Assembly (NCBI RefSeq): GCF_032062105.1
Contig: NW_026941496.1
Location: 62,001 to 126,000 of the forward strand
Source: Saccostrea cucullata
Taxonomy: Eukaryota
Length of the DNA: 64,000 nucleotides
Reading direction: 5' to 3'
Positions 1 to 11,841 of this stretch are shown here, piece by piece. Made by a program: the position numbers and the translations under genes. Under the pieces are notes generated by a model. That model had not been told where the DNA came from and did no database searches. It was given only the letters and a program-made list of their open reading frames with translations. Positions within the stretch are counted from its first letter, which is position 1. Each line of letters opens with the position of its first letter.

Positions 1-229
1 TTACATGTATGTCTTCCTCGTTTTCCTTCTTGACTTATTCATTGATTTATAAGATAAAAACAGCTTAGTTGCGTTCTTTGCCAATCACATTTAATTCCTT
101 AATTTCAATATGCAATAAAAACACAAAAACAATTTAAATTTGACATTTAATGTAACAGAGCTAAGCGAGCAGGGAAAGTCGAAGACAAAAACAATCTTCA
201 ATGCATATACCTTGTTACGAACCTCGCAT

Positions 230-1410
230 TAATCGAACAATATTTCCCAAACAACTATATAGTTCTGCTTGACACGTCATTACAGGTGACGTGAGTATAG
301 TAAATAATGAGGACCTTAAATCACATTAATTATAAATATCATAAAATTTCATAAAAGAACTAAAGATTAGGACTTCAAATCCTTCAAACATTCATAAATA
401 TTATGAATTCTTGTGTTAGAATCAATGGAGTACGAGAAATGGAGAATGGAGTATTCTTAAAATTGTTTTTCTCGAGGTGTTGATATTGAATTTGAACCAA
501 CATACTAATAACGGATATTTCAACTAAAAAATATTCTTCTAAACAAAAATACACAGCCGGTTCTAGTAAATGTTCTCCCAAGTCTCTATAGTCCTCACTA
601 AAATATATTAAAATTGGTAAAGTATATAATATGGAGACTCCAGGAGTACTGTGTAACAAATATATTCGATAAGTGGTAAATCAGATGTGGATACTTAAAA
701 ATTCCAAAAGACCTTTAGAAGATTTAAGATGACAAAATCTACTAGAATCAATAACATCGAAACAAACGACTTTTCAGCAATAAAGTTCAGTCCAGGCGTT
801 CTGACACCAAAGACAGCTGTTTTTCAATAAAAAGTCATTGATCATTTGCCAAATTATTTTGTTAAAACATTTTTACTGTACACATTAATACTCCGAACTT
901 AGTATTTACGATGCTTGAGTTTCTAACAGTTACGACTTAGGTTTTGGAGATCAAGTCTTCCTACAGTCTGTTAAATCATGGGTACCCATTGGGCAGCCAT
1001 TTTAAACAGACCTGTCAAAAACATGCCCGAGAAGAAAACAATTGCATGGCCGTCGACTTCACATTTTAATACATCGATGACGTATGAATAGTTACTTTCA
1101 TTCATTTGTCGACTCGAATTAATTCATACCCGAGAAATTGAATTAACAGATACCACAGAGTCCATCGTCGCAAACCACGGCCAAAATGTACGATCCTCTC
1201 CCATTCTGAGAGCTATATGCGGACTCCGGACCGTGGCTTGAGACGATGCACAGTGTCTGACTCATTTGTTTAATATTGAAATACATGTACTTCAGAAAAA
1301 GGCGCTAAAGGTGACAAAATAACAGAGTTTCATGATAAACATTATGACTTCAACTTGGATCTGTAACCCTGGTTTATCTGTCTCTTCACAACACAGACTG
1401 GTACACTTTC
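230..1410 (+). mobile_element. Highly decayed Penelope-like retroelement fragment
   Basis: Remnants of HVITGDVSIVNNEDLKS, VNQMWILKNSK, MGT..A and YIDD; similar to the better-preserved copies at 41.5 kb and 47.8 kb. Confidence 0.7.
1163..1248. mobile_element. 86-bp MITE with 9-bp target duplication, nested in the retroelement fragment
   Basis: TIR CATCGTCGCAAACCACGG / CCGTGGCTTGAGACGATG; flanks cacagagtc / cacagtgtc. Other retroelement copies show the empty site gataccacagagtctgac. Confidence 0.8.
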
Positions 1411-1492
1411 ACTTAGATATATGTTTTTAAACAAGTTCGAGAATTGATTAACATATTTACATGTTCAATAAATAAAAGAATACAATACTCAC

Positions 1493-4400
1493 CTTATTAA
1501 CAGAACAGAGTTCCATAGTTAGATAGCTCGCCTTGGACTGAAACTGTAATCGGTAGCCACACACCGTGGACATCTTGTTTTTCAGGTCCTGGAGAAAGGC
1601 GACAAGTATAGGTTTGGGGTTAACCCGGGGGAGACAGTGGATGTCCCGGGCCCTCAGACATACATCAGGGTAAGTGATGTCAGTCAGGGAGAAATAAAAT
1701 TAATATCGATTCCTTTTCTTTAAAGACAGTGTTTAAAAAAAACACAGATGCCTTAAAGCAATTGAATTTTTTCTAGTTGGTTTAAATAGTTTAGTCGCAT
1801 TAAGTTTCATTTTTCATTTAAACTTTGTTAATAATGTTAAATCATGATAAAAAATTGATTAAATTTTTAAGTGCGGTAACAAAAGGGAATAAATTTGAAA
1901 ATCAAAGAAAGTCTACAATTTTGCAATAAAATACCAGTATGATAGAGATTTGATATATATCGACGACGCATCACCAAAAAACATAAGTAATTCTATTCAT
2001 ATGACGACTTGATATATCCAAGAGAGTTCAACATGAAAGATACCACAGAGTCTGACATATGTTTCACAGTTTAATGTTTTACTTGAAAAAGAAGTTAATG
2101 GTAATGGTAGTCTAAAAATAAAGCTTAATGATAAAGTTAACGTGATTACGTAAACTCTTTATCATTAACTTCCCTTTAAATACAGCGATATAATTTTATC
2201 AGCTGAATATCATCTCTTTCAGTTGATTTAATACACAAGAGCAAGCTCTTAGTCTAATTTTATACAATTTCTAAAAGAGGCAAGCTGTTGACAAACAAGT
2301 TGATGAAACAAAAGTATCAATAGTTCTACGGTCGATACAATGACATTGTCATCAAATACACTATATCATTAAGTCAAATGCTGACTGACATTTTGCATTC
2401 TAATTGTTAGGCAATTATATACACACTGTATTGTCGACGGATTTTTTCCGTTATTTCCTGATCCTGACTAGAAGCACACAGCGCGTGTGACCGGTCGGTA
2501 CTTTTCAATAGTGCCAGATCCAACCTCTGATTGTTTGCTCTGCTTCTGATTTTGTTGTTTGAATTGATTTTTTAGCTTCAATACTGGCTTGAAAACCAAT
2601 CTAAGTCCAAAAAATATAAATCAACCCATTAGTTTATTCTTCTTGTTTGTTTCAGTTGTATCCTTAAGTTGAAAATCAAAATATTTATTAATAATCATTT
2701 CCATGTGAGCATAATTGCAGAAGAGATGTAACAGGACTGTAAGTTTTTTTTTCACCATTTCCTTTTTGAATTAATAACATTTTTTTTTCATCTCCGATTT
2801 GACTTTATATATTTCTGAAATCTATAAAAAGAGGATGTGACTACTCGACAGTTAATAAACCAATGTATTTTTAAGATGGTACATGTATATTAAAGGATAT
2901 GTAAACACCCGGTCCCCCAGAGGTCTGAAATGGATCTGGTAGTAGATTATGTCCTCCTCGTTTTCAGGTAGTCGATATCCATACTGCAAAATTAAGCAGA
3001 AAAGAAACAAAAATAAAATCAAACAAAAAAAAAATCAAAGAAAATCATATGATACACTTCTTCAAATTTTTTATCCCACAGGAAATACTATTATTGTCAG
3101 TAAAGATATAAATTGATTATTACAAAATTAGAATACATTTGATCAATTGATCTTGACTTACTGAATTTTTCCAGTGTCTTTTGATTTCTTTGTAGGATTT
3201 GAACGGACCATCTGTAGGCAGCTGTCGACCAATGCCCACTATCTGTCCCTTTTTCATACTGAGGTTGAAGTTTCTTTTTTGATCACATTCTTTAACTTTG
3301 GTTACATTGTCAAAATAGATTTTTGAGCGCTTTGAATTAACAATTGGCAAAAAAAAAAAATGAAATTTAAAAAAAAGCTAACGTACCTTGGTAACACGTG
3401 GCACCATGTAGAACCAATAGAATCTCCAGAAATAACAAAGTTACGGTCTTCCGTAAACTTTTTTAAACTTTGAGGAAGAAGTTCAATGTCAGAAAGCTAC
3501 AATTTAGAAAACAACTTAAACTGAACTGAGTAAGATAACTGTTTAGTACATAATATGGATATCTAGTCAATTCTCTCTTGTAGAATGTTGGTGAAACGCA
3601 CTAGTTTTACACCTTACCTGTAGGGCAGGAAACCTGACAGTGGACGCTACGAGGGACAGATGCAGCTGACCAAAAGTGACCACCAGGTCCATTTCTGGGT
3701 AAAGATAAGTACAATACTTCAAGATGCTCATTCATGAAAAGGAAAGAACGACAACTCGAAGAGAAAAATGAACTTACTGACGGCATTATCATATCCTTGG
3801 TGTGATAGAAAATCTCGACCTAGAGAAGACATTTTGGCTTTAGCACTATAATATAACTAAACTCAGGAATCACAAAATTGTATGTCTTGTTTAATTTGTC
3901 TCTTTTACCCTGAATGAGCCACTGCCCTGCTTTGTTCCAGGATGGGGCGATTCTGGCCAGCAAGGTGTAGTGTATACAGGACTGGAACAAGGCTGTCGTC
4001 ACAGGCTGGGGGTCACTACACTAAACATACAATGTGTAGTTAGTACACCCTCACAAACTGTGCACCTCCTCCGTAATTACTTGCCTAAATATAATTGAAC
4101 CTTACCAGGACAAAGCGTTATATATTGATTTTCAGATGGACGATATCAATGAAGCCTTTATAAATGTAACCAAAACTTGTTGACCAGAATAAGTCCATTG
4201 TCATGTTCTAAATTTTGAATTTACCGGGTGGGAGTAAACACAAAATTTAGAAGTTGTCATGTTCTAAGTTTTGTATTTACTCCCACCCGGTAAATTCAAA
4301 ATTTAGAACAAGACACCATGATGAGATGCAATGCACCCTGTCCTAGTGTCTGTATTTCTTTCACCTAAATCTGGACACCATGTACTTTATGTAAGAAATG

Positions 4401-7400
4401 CATTTCCCATTGTTCTTTAACTTGATCTTGCCAACTCTGGTTACACGAGACATAATCATTATGACTTTGTAAGTAGACTCAATTACTTGTGGTAACTGGA
4501 AACCCAGCCCAACTCAGCTTTGTTATTTCTCTTGGATCAAATTATAACACCTGTTTTTCAAAAATTTCATGTTAATATTTATTCAGCCATGCGTCATGTA
4601 CTATCTCATATGGAATAAATACCTGTAAACCGATCTTGGAAAATCTTGCTTGTAATTTCCCAGTGTTAAATAACGTCCTCTGAAATGAACCACACGAATT
4701 TACATTTTGTATTTCAGTGCCCTTTAAATTTATTAAATTTTTGTGAATATAACAAATGCTTATAAATAGGATGTTATATATACATGTGTACATGAAGTTT
4801 GCTGAACACGGGAAGGAAAAAAATTACCTTCAGTACAACGTGAAATGCATTGTCCGTGTTAAAGGAAGGCGTTGCTATAATTTCTGGCTCCGTAAATATT
4901 AGCTCTCTGTAAAATATTAAACTTATTTTCTAGTAAAAAACTTTACATGTACATAATATTTGAATGTTTAACAAAATAATAAAACAGCGTCGTGATTCCA
5001 CCGAAATAAGCTTTGCGTTAAATAAAACAGGTTTCACTTGTGAAAAAAATAAGCTATGTAGACCATTTGCTTCATTTTAGGCTGTAGCTTTTTTGTTGGT
5101 CTTTGTTCATATCTGATTTTTTTTTTCGTAGATGCAAATAACTTAAAAATACCGAAGACATGTATATTATAAACATGCATTTGGCATCTTAAGTATAACC
5201 TCTGGAACACAATGATAAAATCCTTTTTGAAAATAATATTTTTTTTTTAGAAAACATAGAATCAATTTATAACGTTCTTACGCATGACGGCACCCTCAAC
5301 ATGATTTATGCATATCATGACTATCTATGTTTAAGATAAATTCATCTGTTTACTAATATAAAAATGGAATATATATTATATTTTTTGAATAAACTAGAAA
5401 TACAATGTGTTAGTAAAATGCCCAAGATTATTACAGTAATACGGTATACGGTAAAAATTGACCAAAAATAACGTTTTACATTGAAATGATCATTTAGAGT
5501 TATTTCTCTTATCAGCCTACATGTATCATTGACGTCTTCATGAGAAATAATACTATAATTTCTTGAGAAAAAAATGTACTGTCATATAAAAAAAATCTAA
5601 TTACCATTTTTTGCAGAACTGCAGGTAGATGGGGAAAAAATCGGTCAGGTAAGTTACGAATCTACTCGTAAAATTTTCCATTTATGGTATGTTTTTTTTT
5701 TTGGCCCCCGTAATTGAAGATTCGGGATGGGGATAGATTTTGCCCTGTCCGTCCATTTTTCTGTCCGTCTGTGTGTTTGTCTCTTTGTCCGCAAAAATTT
5801 TAACCTTGCCCATAACTTTTAAGTGGATGGGGCTATGGTTTCATATTTCACAGGTGTACAGTGAACCAAACTTCTAAGTGTTCACGGTCACCTAACATTT
5901 TTAAGTTATAAAGAACAAATGCATACAAAAAATAATATCTTTAATTCATGGTTAATGATGCATATTTCAGTTCGATGTTGCGTAATTTTCAAGTAAGTAT
6001 CTCGTAAGATTTTAAAGCAAAGTGTCATGGACATAATGTACGCTCAAAATAAAATTCACATAAAACAATATTTATGGAATTAGACCACCACTCGCTCTAA
6101 TTACTGCGACATCCTTTTCTCATGGATACCATGTAGCCCAGAATAGGAGATTGACCCATCTGCTGCCACACGTTTTGCAGGGATCTTTCAAAACCGTTGA
6201 AATTGTGTGGAGGGGGGGGGGGGGCTTTGACATTACTGTTAAAAGTCCCAAATGTGTTCAATGGGATTCAGATCCGGTGAGTTAGCAGGCCAATGCGCGA
6301 AAAAGCCTTTTGGTCTTTATCTTGGGCGTTTGTAGGTAAGTACACCTCTTTCAGGATGATTCAGACTGTTTAAGATGATACTGGACTGCCATGCGCACCA
6401 AATTGTCGCCATTTTCTTACTGTTGAAGTTGTTGATTTAAATGTTTCTAAAGTGGTTCAGGACCATGTAACAATGTTTTTGACCTCGTTGTAACGAGAAA
6501 CCTTGGCCTCAGACGAAGATTCAGATCACTTCTGGTTTGGTTAAATTTTGTCCAAAGCTTACAAATTGTGAAAAGTATGCGATGAGAATGACAAGTAGTT
6601 TTTAAATAAATACATTTATTAGAGTGAAACTTAGAAGTTTTGTTAAGTGTATTCCTTGTGACAACACCTTTCTGAGGGTACCACCAAATTTGACCTCTTG
6701 ATCTTGGAATCTGACCCCCTTTTACCAAAAAGGCCCTAACTTTAACCTTGGCAATAACTTTTGAATAGTTGGTGCTAGCCCTCTGCTAGGGCTTACATAC
6801 ATGTACTTTACATAAGTTTTTTTACTGTGACAAGACCTTTCCATGGGTATAAATATTTTTGACCTTTTGAACTTGACTTTAGAGTTTGACTTTTAAAAAT
6901 CTTTAACTTTGGCCACAACTATTGAATAGTTTTATACTTCACAGGTGTATTCCTTGTGACAAAATCTTCTTTAGATGCGAACAATTTTGTTTTTGAATTT
7001 GAATTTAAATTGAATTTGAGAATCTTCAGTCCTCGCTATGGGCTTCTATATATGGGGGCATGAGTTTTCCACAAACACTTCTAGTTTAATATGGCAAGTT
7101 TGAACTTCATGTACCTAATATTGTACTCCTTCATCCAATGTATTGCATCAAAAATTATTTTTAAAGTACTTTATTTGCGAACCTCTGTCTATCCGAATTT
7201 TCGTTCCCAGAGAGCTACAATTTTGTAATAGTATAGTTACGCCTGGTTATATGTGCAACGAATCATAATTTCATTTCCTTCACGGGGCCTTGTTTGTTTG
7301 TTTGTCTATAGTGGTAAAATTTATTGTCGGGCAAAGAAGGTACGTCACCGTAGAGATACCAGTTGTCCAAACATTATGAGATGATATTCCTTATAAATCT

Positions 7401-7701
7401 ATGGCCTAATACTAGAAAATGCTGTCAAATTCTTTTACAGAATACACGTGTACATGTATGATGTATACGAGTCTGCCAAGACAGCGGGTACTAAGCTAAC
7501 AAAGTGCCTGTGCCCTGTAGTTCTACCAGGCCCTGGTGTACTTGAATATTTTACTTACCTGCATCGTATGATGTGAGGTTGTAGAGTTGATGAAATATGG
7601 AGGTTTCTTGTTATGCATACGGTAATTGCAAGCAATTCTTCTAAGGGAGGACATTCAGCCAAAACAATGACAGGTGTGGAAATATTGTCTTTACCGTACA
7701 T
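1493..7701 (-). CDS. C18orf63: C18orf63 / DUF4708 family protein, 10 coding exons visible (327 codons); no stop reached, so the gene probably continues past the left edge
   Basis: Exons (minus): 7559-7701 (ATG at 7701), 4828-4906, 4623-4679, 3909-4020, 3778-3819, 3618-3694, 3387-3496, 3162-3258, 2901-2983, 1493-1673. All phases join into one open frame. Eight introns are GT-AG and one is AT-AC. The peptide has [64 protein letters not shown] and FTYPDVCLR, matching my recollection of human C18orf63 ([47 protein letters not shown]). The last visible exon ends at a GTGAGT donor. Confidence 0.9.
1674..2900 (-). other. U12-type (minor spliceosome) AT-AC intron of the C18orf63 homolog
   Basis: Minus-strand 5' site ATATCCTTT (2900-2892), branch-like TTCTCCCTGAC (1693-1683) about 10 nt before the terminal AC (1675-1674). 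Splicing gives in-frame VF-T-YPDVC. Confidence 0.9.
1935..2590 (+). mobile_element. Penelope-like retroelement 3' fragment inside the U12 intron
   Basis: YIDD, KDTTES, ISQLI and FYGRYND remnants followed by the shared 3' UTR. Confidence 0.8.
4199..4315. repeat. Near-perfect palindrome (about 55-bp arms) in a C18orf63 intron
   Basis: tgttctaaattttgaatttaccgggtgggagtaaa ... tttactcccacccggtaaattcaaaatttagaaca. Confidence 0.85.
5695..7086 (+). mobile_element. Non-autonomous Helentron/DINE-1-like element with internal repeats, interrupted by a Tc1 derivative
   Basis: T-run start with GCCCCCG..CGGG stem, (GTCC/GTCT)n-like microsatellite, repeated units (aaccttggccataactttt..tattccttgtgaca..gacctt) and terminal GGGGGCAT..cacaaacacttctagtt. 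Confidence 0.7.
5859..6649 (-). mobile_element. Tc1/mariner internal-deletion derivative
   Basis: TA|CAGTGAACCAAACTTCTAAG ... CTTAGAAGTTTTGTTAAGTG|TA. The minus strand retains WPANSPDLNPIEHIWD (Tc1 catalytic-E region). The empty site cacaggtgTAttccttgtgac is seen at about 6940. Confidence 0.88.
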
Positions 7702-8480
7702 CTTGACTTTACAGTCGGAACCAAAATAAAACGTCTGCTGTATCTTTGTTCAATATTTTTGGAATCCCGTTCCCGAAAATATTTTTTTTTTAATCAAACA
7801 AAAGATGGAAAAAGATCTATCAAGATTGTCAAAAAGATGGATAAGAAATAAACAGGTAAATAAACAGATAAGTAAATACACTTTTTACTTTACGAGAAGA
7901 TTTTTTTTTTGTGATTTTGATCTAATCCTATAGTTTATGAATTTGTTTCCGAGGGAATGCTCGATTAAATCTCTGACTGAATTCTTTGGCAATATAAGGT
8001 ACATATTTCATCTTTTCACTGGTTTGACGGGTGAAAAATTAATGTCTAGGCTGCCCTTATTTTTACCGTCTTAAAACAGACATTAATACCCCGGACTTAC
8101 CGACCTCCTACCGTTTCTAATTTCAAATGGAAAGAAATATTTCAATGGCAAGAAGTATCACGTTTATTGAAGTTTTCCTGAGTAAATGTACGTGTATATA
8201 TAAGTTAATTTTAAAGGCTAGCTTAAATCGTACAAACAAAATGTGTTAAATAATCGAAATGAGTATATACGTAACAAAAAGTTGTGTATGCATATAACTA
8301 TTCAAGGTTTGAATAACTGAGAAAATAATGCAAAATTCGAGTATTTTGTAAGCTTTGTGAAGGTTTAAAAAAAAGGAGAAATTTTACAAGAACAAATTTT
8401 CTTAATTTCATTTTACGACAGAATAAATTAACATATAAAGTATTTGCTTGAGAAAAGGGCCCGCTTCAATGATTAAGGAA

Positions 8481-8669
8481 TACTGTATACAGGGTTATTT
8501 TATAATTGCAAACCATTTCCCCCCTTTCAAATTCGCCGTCACGGTTCTATTTTTAAAACATTTTACTGTTTTCTTTGAATTCGTCCCATCTTAAATTCGC
8601 CCACTTGTGTCTAGGTTAAGAGGGGTGATTTTAAATAAAACGGAGGCGAAATTTTCCCTGTATACATTA
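8481..8669. mobile_element. Short MITE (TACTGTATACAGGG termini)
   Basis: tactgtatacaggg ... ccctgtatacatta inverted ends with internal aaattcgcc repeats. Confidence 0.65.
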
Positions 8670-8854
8670 GTACATGTTTTATGTTCAATATCTACATGTA
8701 CATGATCTTCGGACGTAAATTAATTAACACAAAATAAATATATCGCAATGGGAGAATATGCAAGAATTTCTAAGGTAGCTATGTTGTTGTACATTTTACG
8801 TCGCTAGTCTTTATAAATTATATACATGTATGCATTTTTATTACACACTTAGTA

Positions 8855-9484
8855 ATAAATACAGGTTTTTTGCATATGCGATATGGCTGACGTCACAATA
8901 GCTGTATCAGTCCTGCAGGGCTGATATGGATTTGCGGGGCTGATAACCTATATCAGCCCTGCAAATCCATATCAGCCCTGCAGGGCTGATACGGCTATTG
9001 TGACGTCAATATCACACCCTTAGTAATTTAAACCACTAAACAGTACTTGTGATCATTAAACAGTACTTGTGATCATATACAATTTTTGGTGGGTTCATAT
9101 TCTCTTAATCTTAACTTTTTGAAAAAAAGGTTAATCTTAATTTACAAATACATGTAATAGATTATTTTCAAATTACGGATCGAGTGCATTGAAATAGAAG
9201 TAGAAACAAACCCAAATTGTTTGAGACAATAGACCATGTACACGTATGTAAAAAGTCCATGCATGATTATTTGCTTATTTTCTTCTCAACTTAATGGATG
9301 CTGTATTTTATTACTAATCATGTAATAAACATATTAATACATATATCCTTTTCCACATCACATCCTGTATCAGCCCTCGACCAATATCAGCCCTCGGGCC
9401 TTCGGCCCTCTGGCTGATATTGGTGTCTCGGGCTGATACAGAATGTGATACCGGTATGGAAAAGGGTATGTATTATTCTCTATA
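8855..9484. mobile_element. Palindrome-rich non-autonomous element (Crypton-like)
   Basis: Two nested hairpins built from ATCAGCCC/GGGCTGAT: about 8888-9008, and about 9325-9475 with a GGGCC-TTC-GGCCC tip. Includes an exact 20-bp tandem duplication at 9037-9076. Superfamily assignment is from recalled resemblance only. Confidence 0.55.
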
Positions 9485-9744
9485 TGGTCCTTGTAATTTT
9501 GGTTCAAAATCTCTAACATGTAAGCAAAAATTATATATCGTTTTAACTGTCTAAATTAATCTCTATATGGTGCAACAATATACATACATCAGTTAACTTT
9601 AGATATTATCCCATCTGAAGAGATATTATGCGTGATGCCATTTGAACCCAAATAAAAAGTGAAACATATCTTAAATGCTGAAAATCAGAATACTGAACTG
9701 ACTGAATTGCTTATTTTTTTCAAACAAGGTACGATCCAGACAAA

Positions 9745-11841
9745 TTAATCGTCCTCTTCTTCTCGCAGAGGTTTCTCTTCCATTTTGCCATTGACAACAG
9801 TTTTATCGCCATTCACAGCCAGTGATATATCGCCCCTTTTCGACACGTCCTCCTTGGGCATATTTGCATACTTATCCCTGTTACACCGCTTGTAGATAAG
9901 ATAGATAATGGTCAACAAGAAGAGAGGTAAGGGCGTCATTACCCCAGAAGCTATGGGGGCCACGGCCGCAATTTCCCCATCGGGTGGCGGGGAGGCCGTG
10001 AACATAAGTAATATGGCGATTCCCTGATTCTGAATCCCGGTCTCTATAATGATTGTTTTAACCTTGGTCCACGACTGACGCAGAATCAGAGAAATGATTC
10101 CTGACAGCACATAACCACAATATGGCAGTAAAGCACCAGCGAGTATGACTTTAGGCTCGAAGAACTTAAAAATAAACAAGTTTGTGTAGATGCCGACTGA
10201 CAGTAGGACGACGATGGCGATGATAGTGACGGGGGTGATGATCTTCATCAGAATCTTCGTTAGACGTGGTAATTTGTACTTAATGGCGACCCCTACCAGT
10301 AACGGCACCACCAGGATCACCAGGGTCGTGAAAATGTTCAGGAACGGGATGTTCATCTCCGTGTCAGTGCTCAGTTCATTGATAAAAACTTGACCAAGTG
10401 TGTAGATCCATAGCGGCATCATTGCTGCAAGTATAGAAAATTAAATCTGAATGTAATCACGATCAAAGCGTTTTAATATGCATTTTAATTGTGTTGTTGT
10501 TAAGAAAACAAGAAAAATATAATTTAAAAAACTCATTTTTAGATTCTGTAAATCAGTTTCAATACCTAAGGCTGCAATTGTGCTGATGGTCGTCATGGTG
10601 ATTGAGAGTGACAGGTCTCCATCCAGTAAATGAGAGTATATGTTGCTAACCCCGCCTCCTGGACATGTACCGGAAATGAAAATCCCCAGACCCACGGCAT
10701 GGTCCTCTGGAATCACCAGCTTTGCTATGCCAAATGCAATCTAAACGTCAAGAAGTAAGATATTTTTAAAGTTTAGAATAAGAAATATCAAAGATAGAAA
10801 AACTATACTTATTTTGCTGCTGACGTAATGAGCCTGATATTAATTTCTCATACGAATCAGTACTGTACATGTTCCACTTGATCCGAGATAAACTTCACTT
10901 TATTTTTTTCTATGGATCCAATGAAGTAGAACAGAACAAAACGGGTAAGTTTTATTATTTCAACAAAATTACATTTTTATCAGATAAAGTCAAAGTAATT
11001 AAATCCCCCTCCCTTTTCTCTGCAAGTTGCTTGATGGATCAGACCTAAAACTTTTTTCAGAGAGAATGAGAGTCAACCACTCTAAAATCTGCAGATAGAT
11101 AGATGTGAAATGTTATGTGCTTACCAATGGCATTAGGATATACTGACAACTGATTCCGATCGCTGGGGCAACAGGGCGGCGCAAGTTCTCCTTTACAACT
11201 CCAAGGTCAAGTTTACATCCAAAGGCCAAAGTTACGAAAACAAGGAAAATGTAAATAACAACACGGAAAATCGTATCGAGCACTCCCATTTTTCTAAAGA
11301 CAACAACATGATAAGTGCTATAGTCTTCAACAGATAGGTTGTTTTGCATGTTTCCTAATTTACGGAGTTCAAAGGCCAGAAATGTCCGTCCTATGAGTTC
11401 GCCGTAAAGGTTAAAGGTTAAGTTTCCTCTAATGCCCATGCGATGAATCACGTGATAAGGCTGGGAGACTGTAGATGCATCCTTGCCCATAGGTAAAACG
11501 TTTGGTCCGTCAGTAACATTTACCAAAATTTCAGTGGCATTTCCACAGGAAATGATCGTGCTGTCTGTTTGTCTGACGGTGAATACCTTTTTTCCTTTAC
11601 TAAATACTCCCAGTCGGTATTTTTCGCTGCTATGATTACAATACAAGGTATATTCTACACTGAACGTAGTCTGTTGATACATCATTAGAATGAACGGTTG
11701 ATGCGGTCCCCACTTCAGCTCAAAGTGGTCGTGTGTACGATTTGGCATTATTTCTTCGACATCGTATCCTTGTCTGGCATTTACACCCACCACAGTCACC
11801 AGAATTAAGGAACAAACCACTTGTTTCATAATTTGTAACAT
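9745..11841 (-). CDS. SLC10 family sodium/bile acid cotransporter-like protein (about 523 aa, 3 exons) with signal peptide and long extracellular N-terminus
   Basis: Exons 11125-11841 (ATG 11841; alternative ATG 11829), 10566-10740 and 9745-10424, with GT-AG junctions and consistent phases. SBF motifs: FGCKLD..VKENLRRPVAPAIGISCQYILMPL, CPGGGVSN, LDGDLSLSITMT, IETGIQN. Confidence 0.92.
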
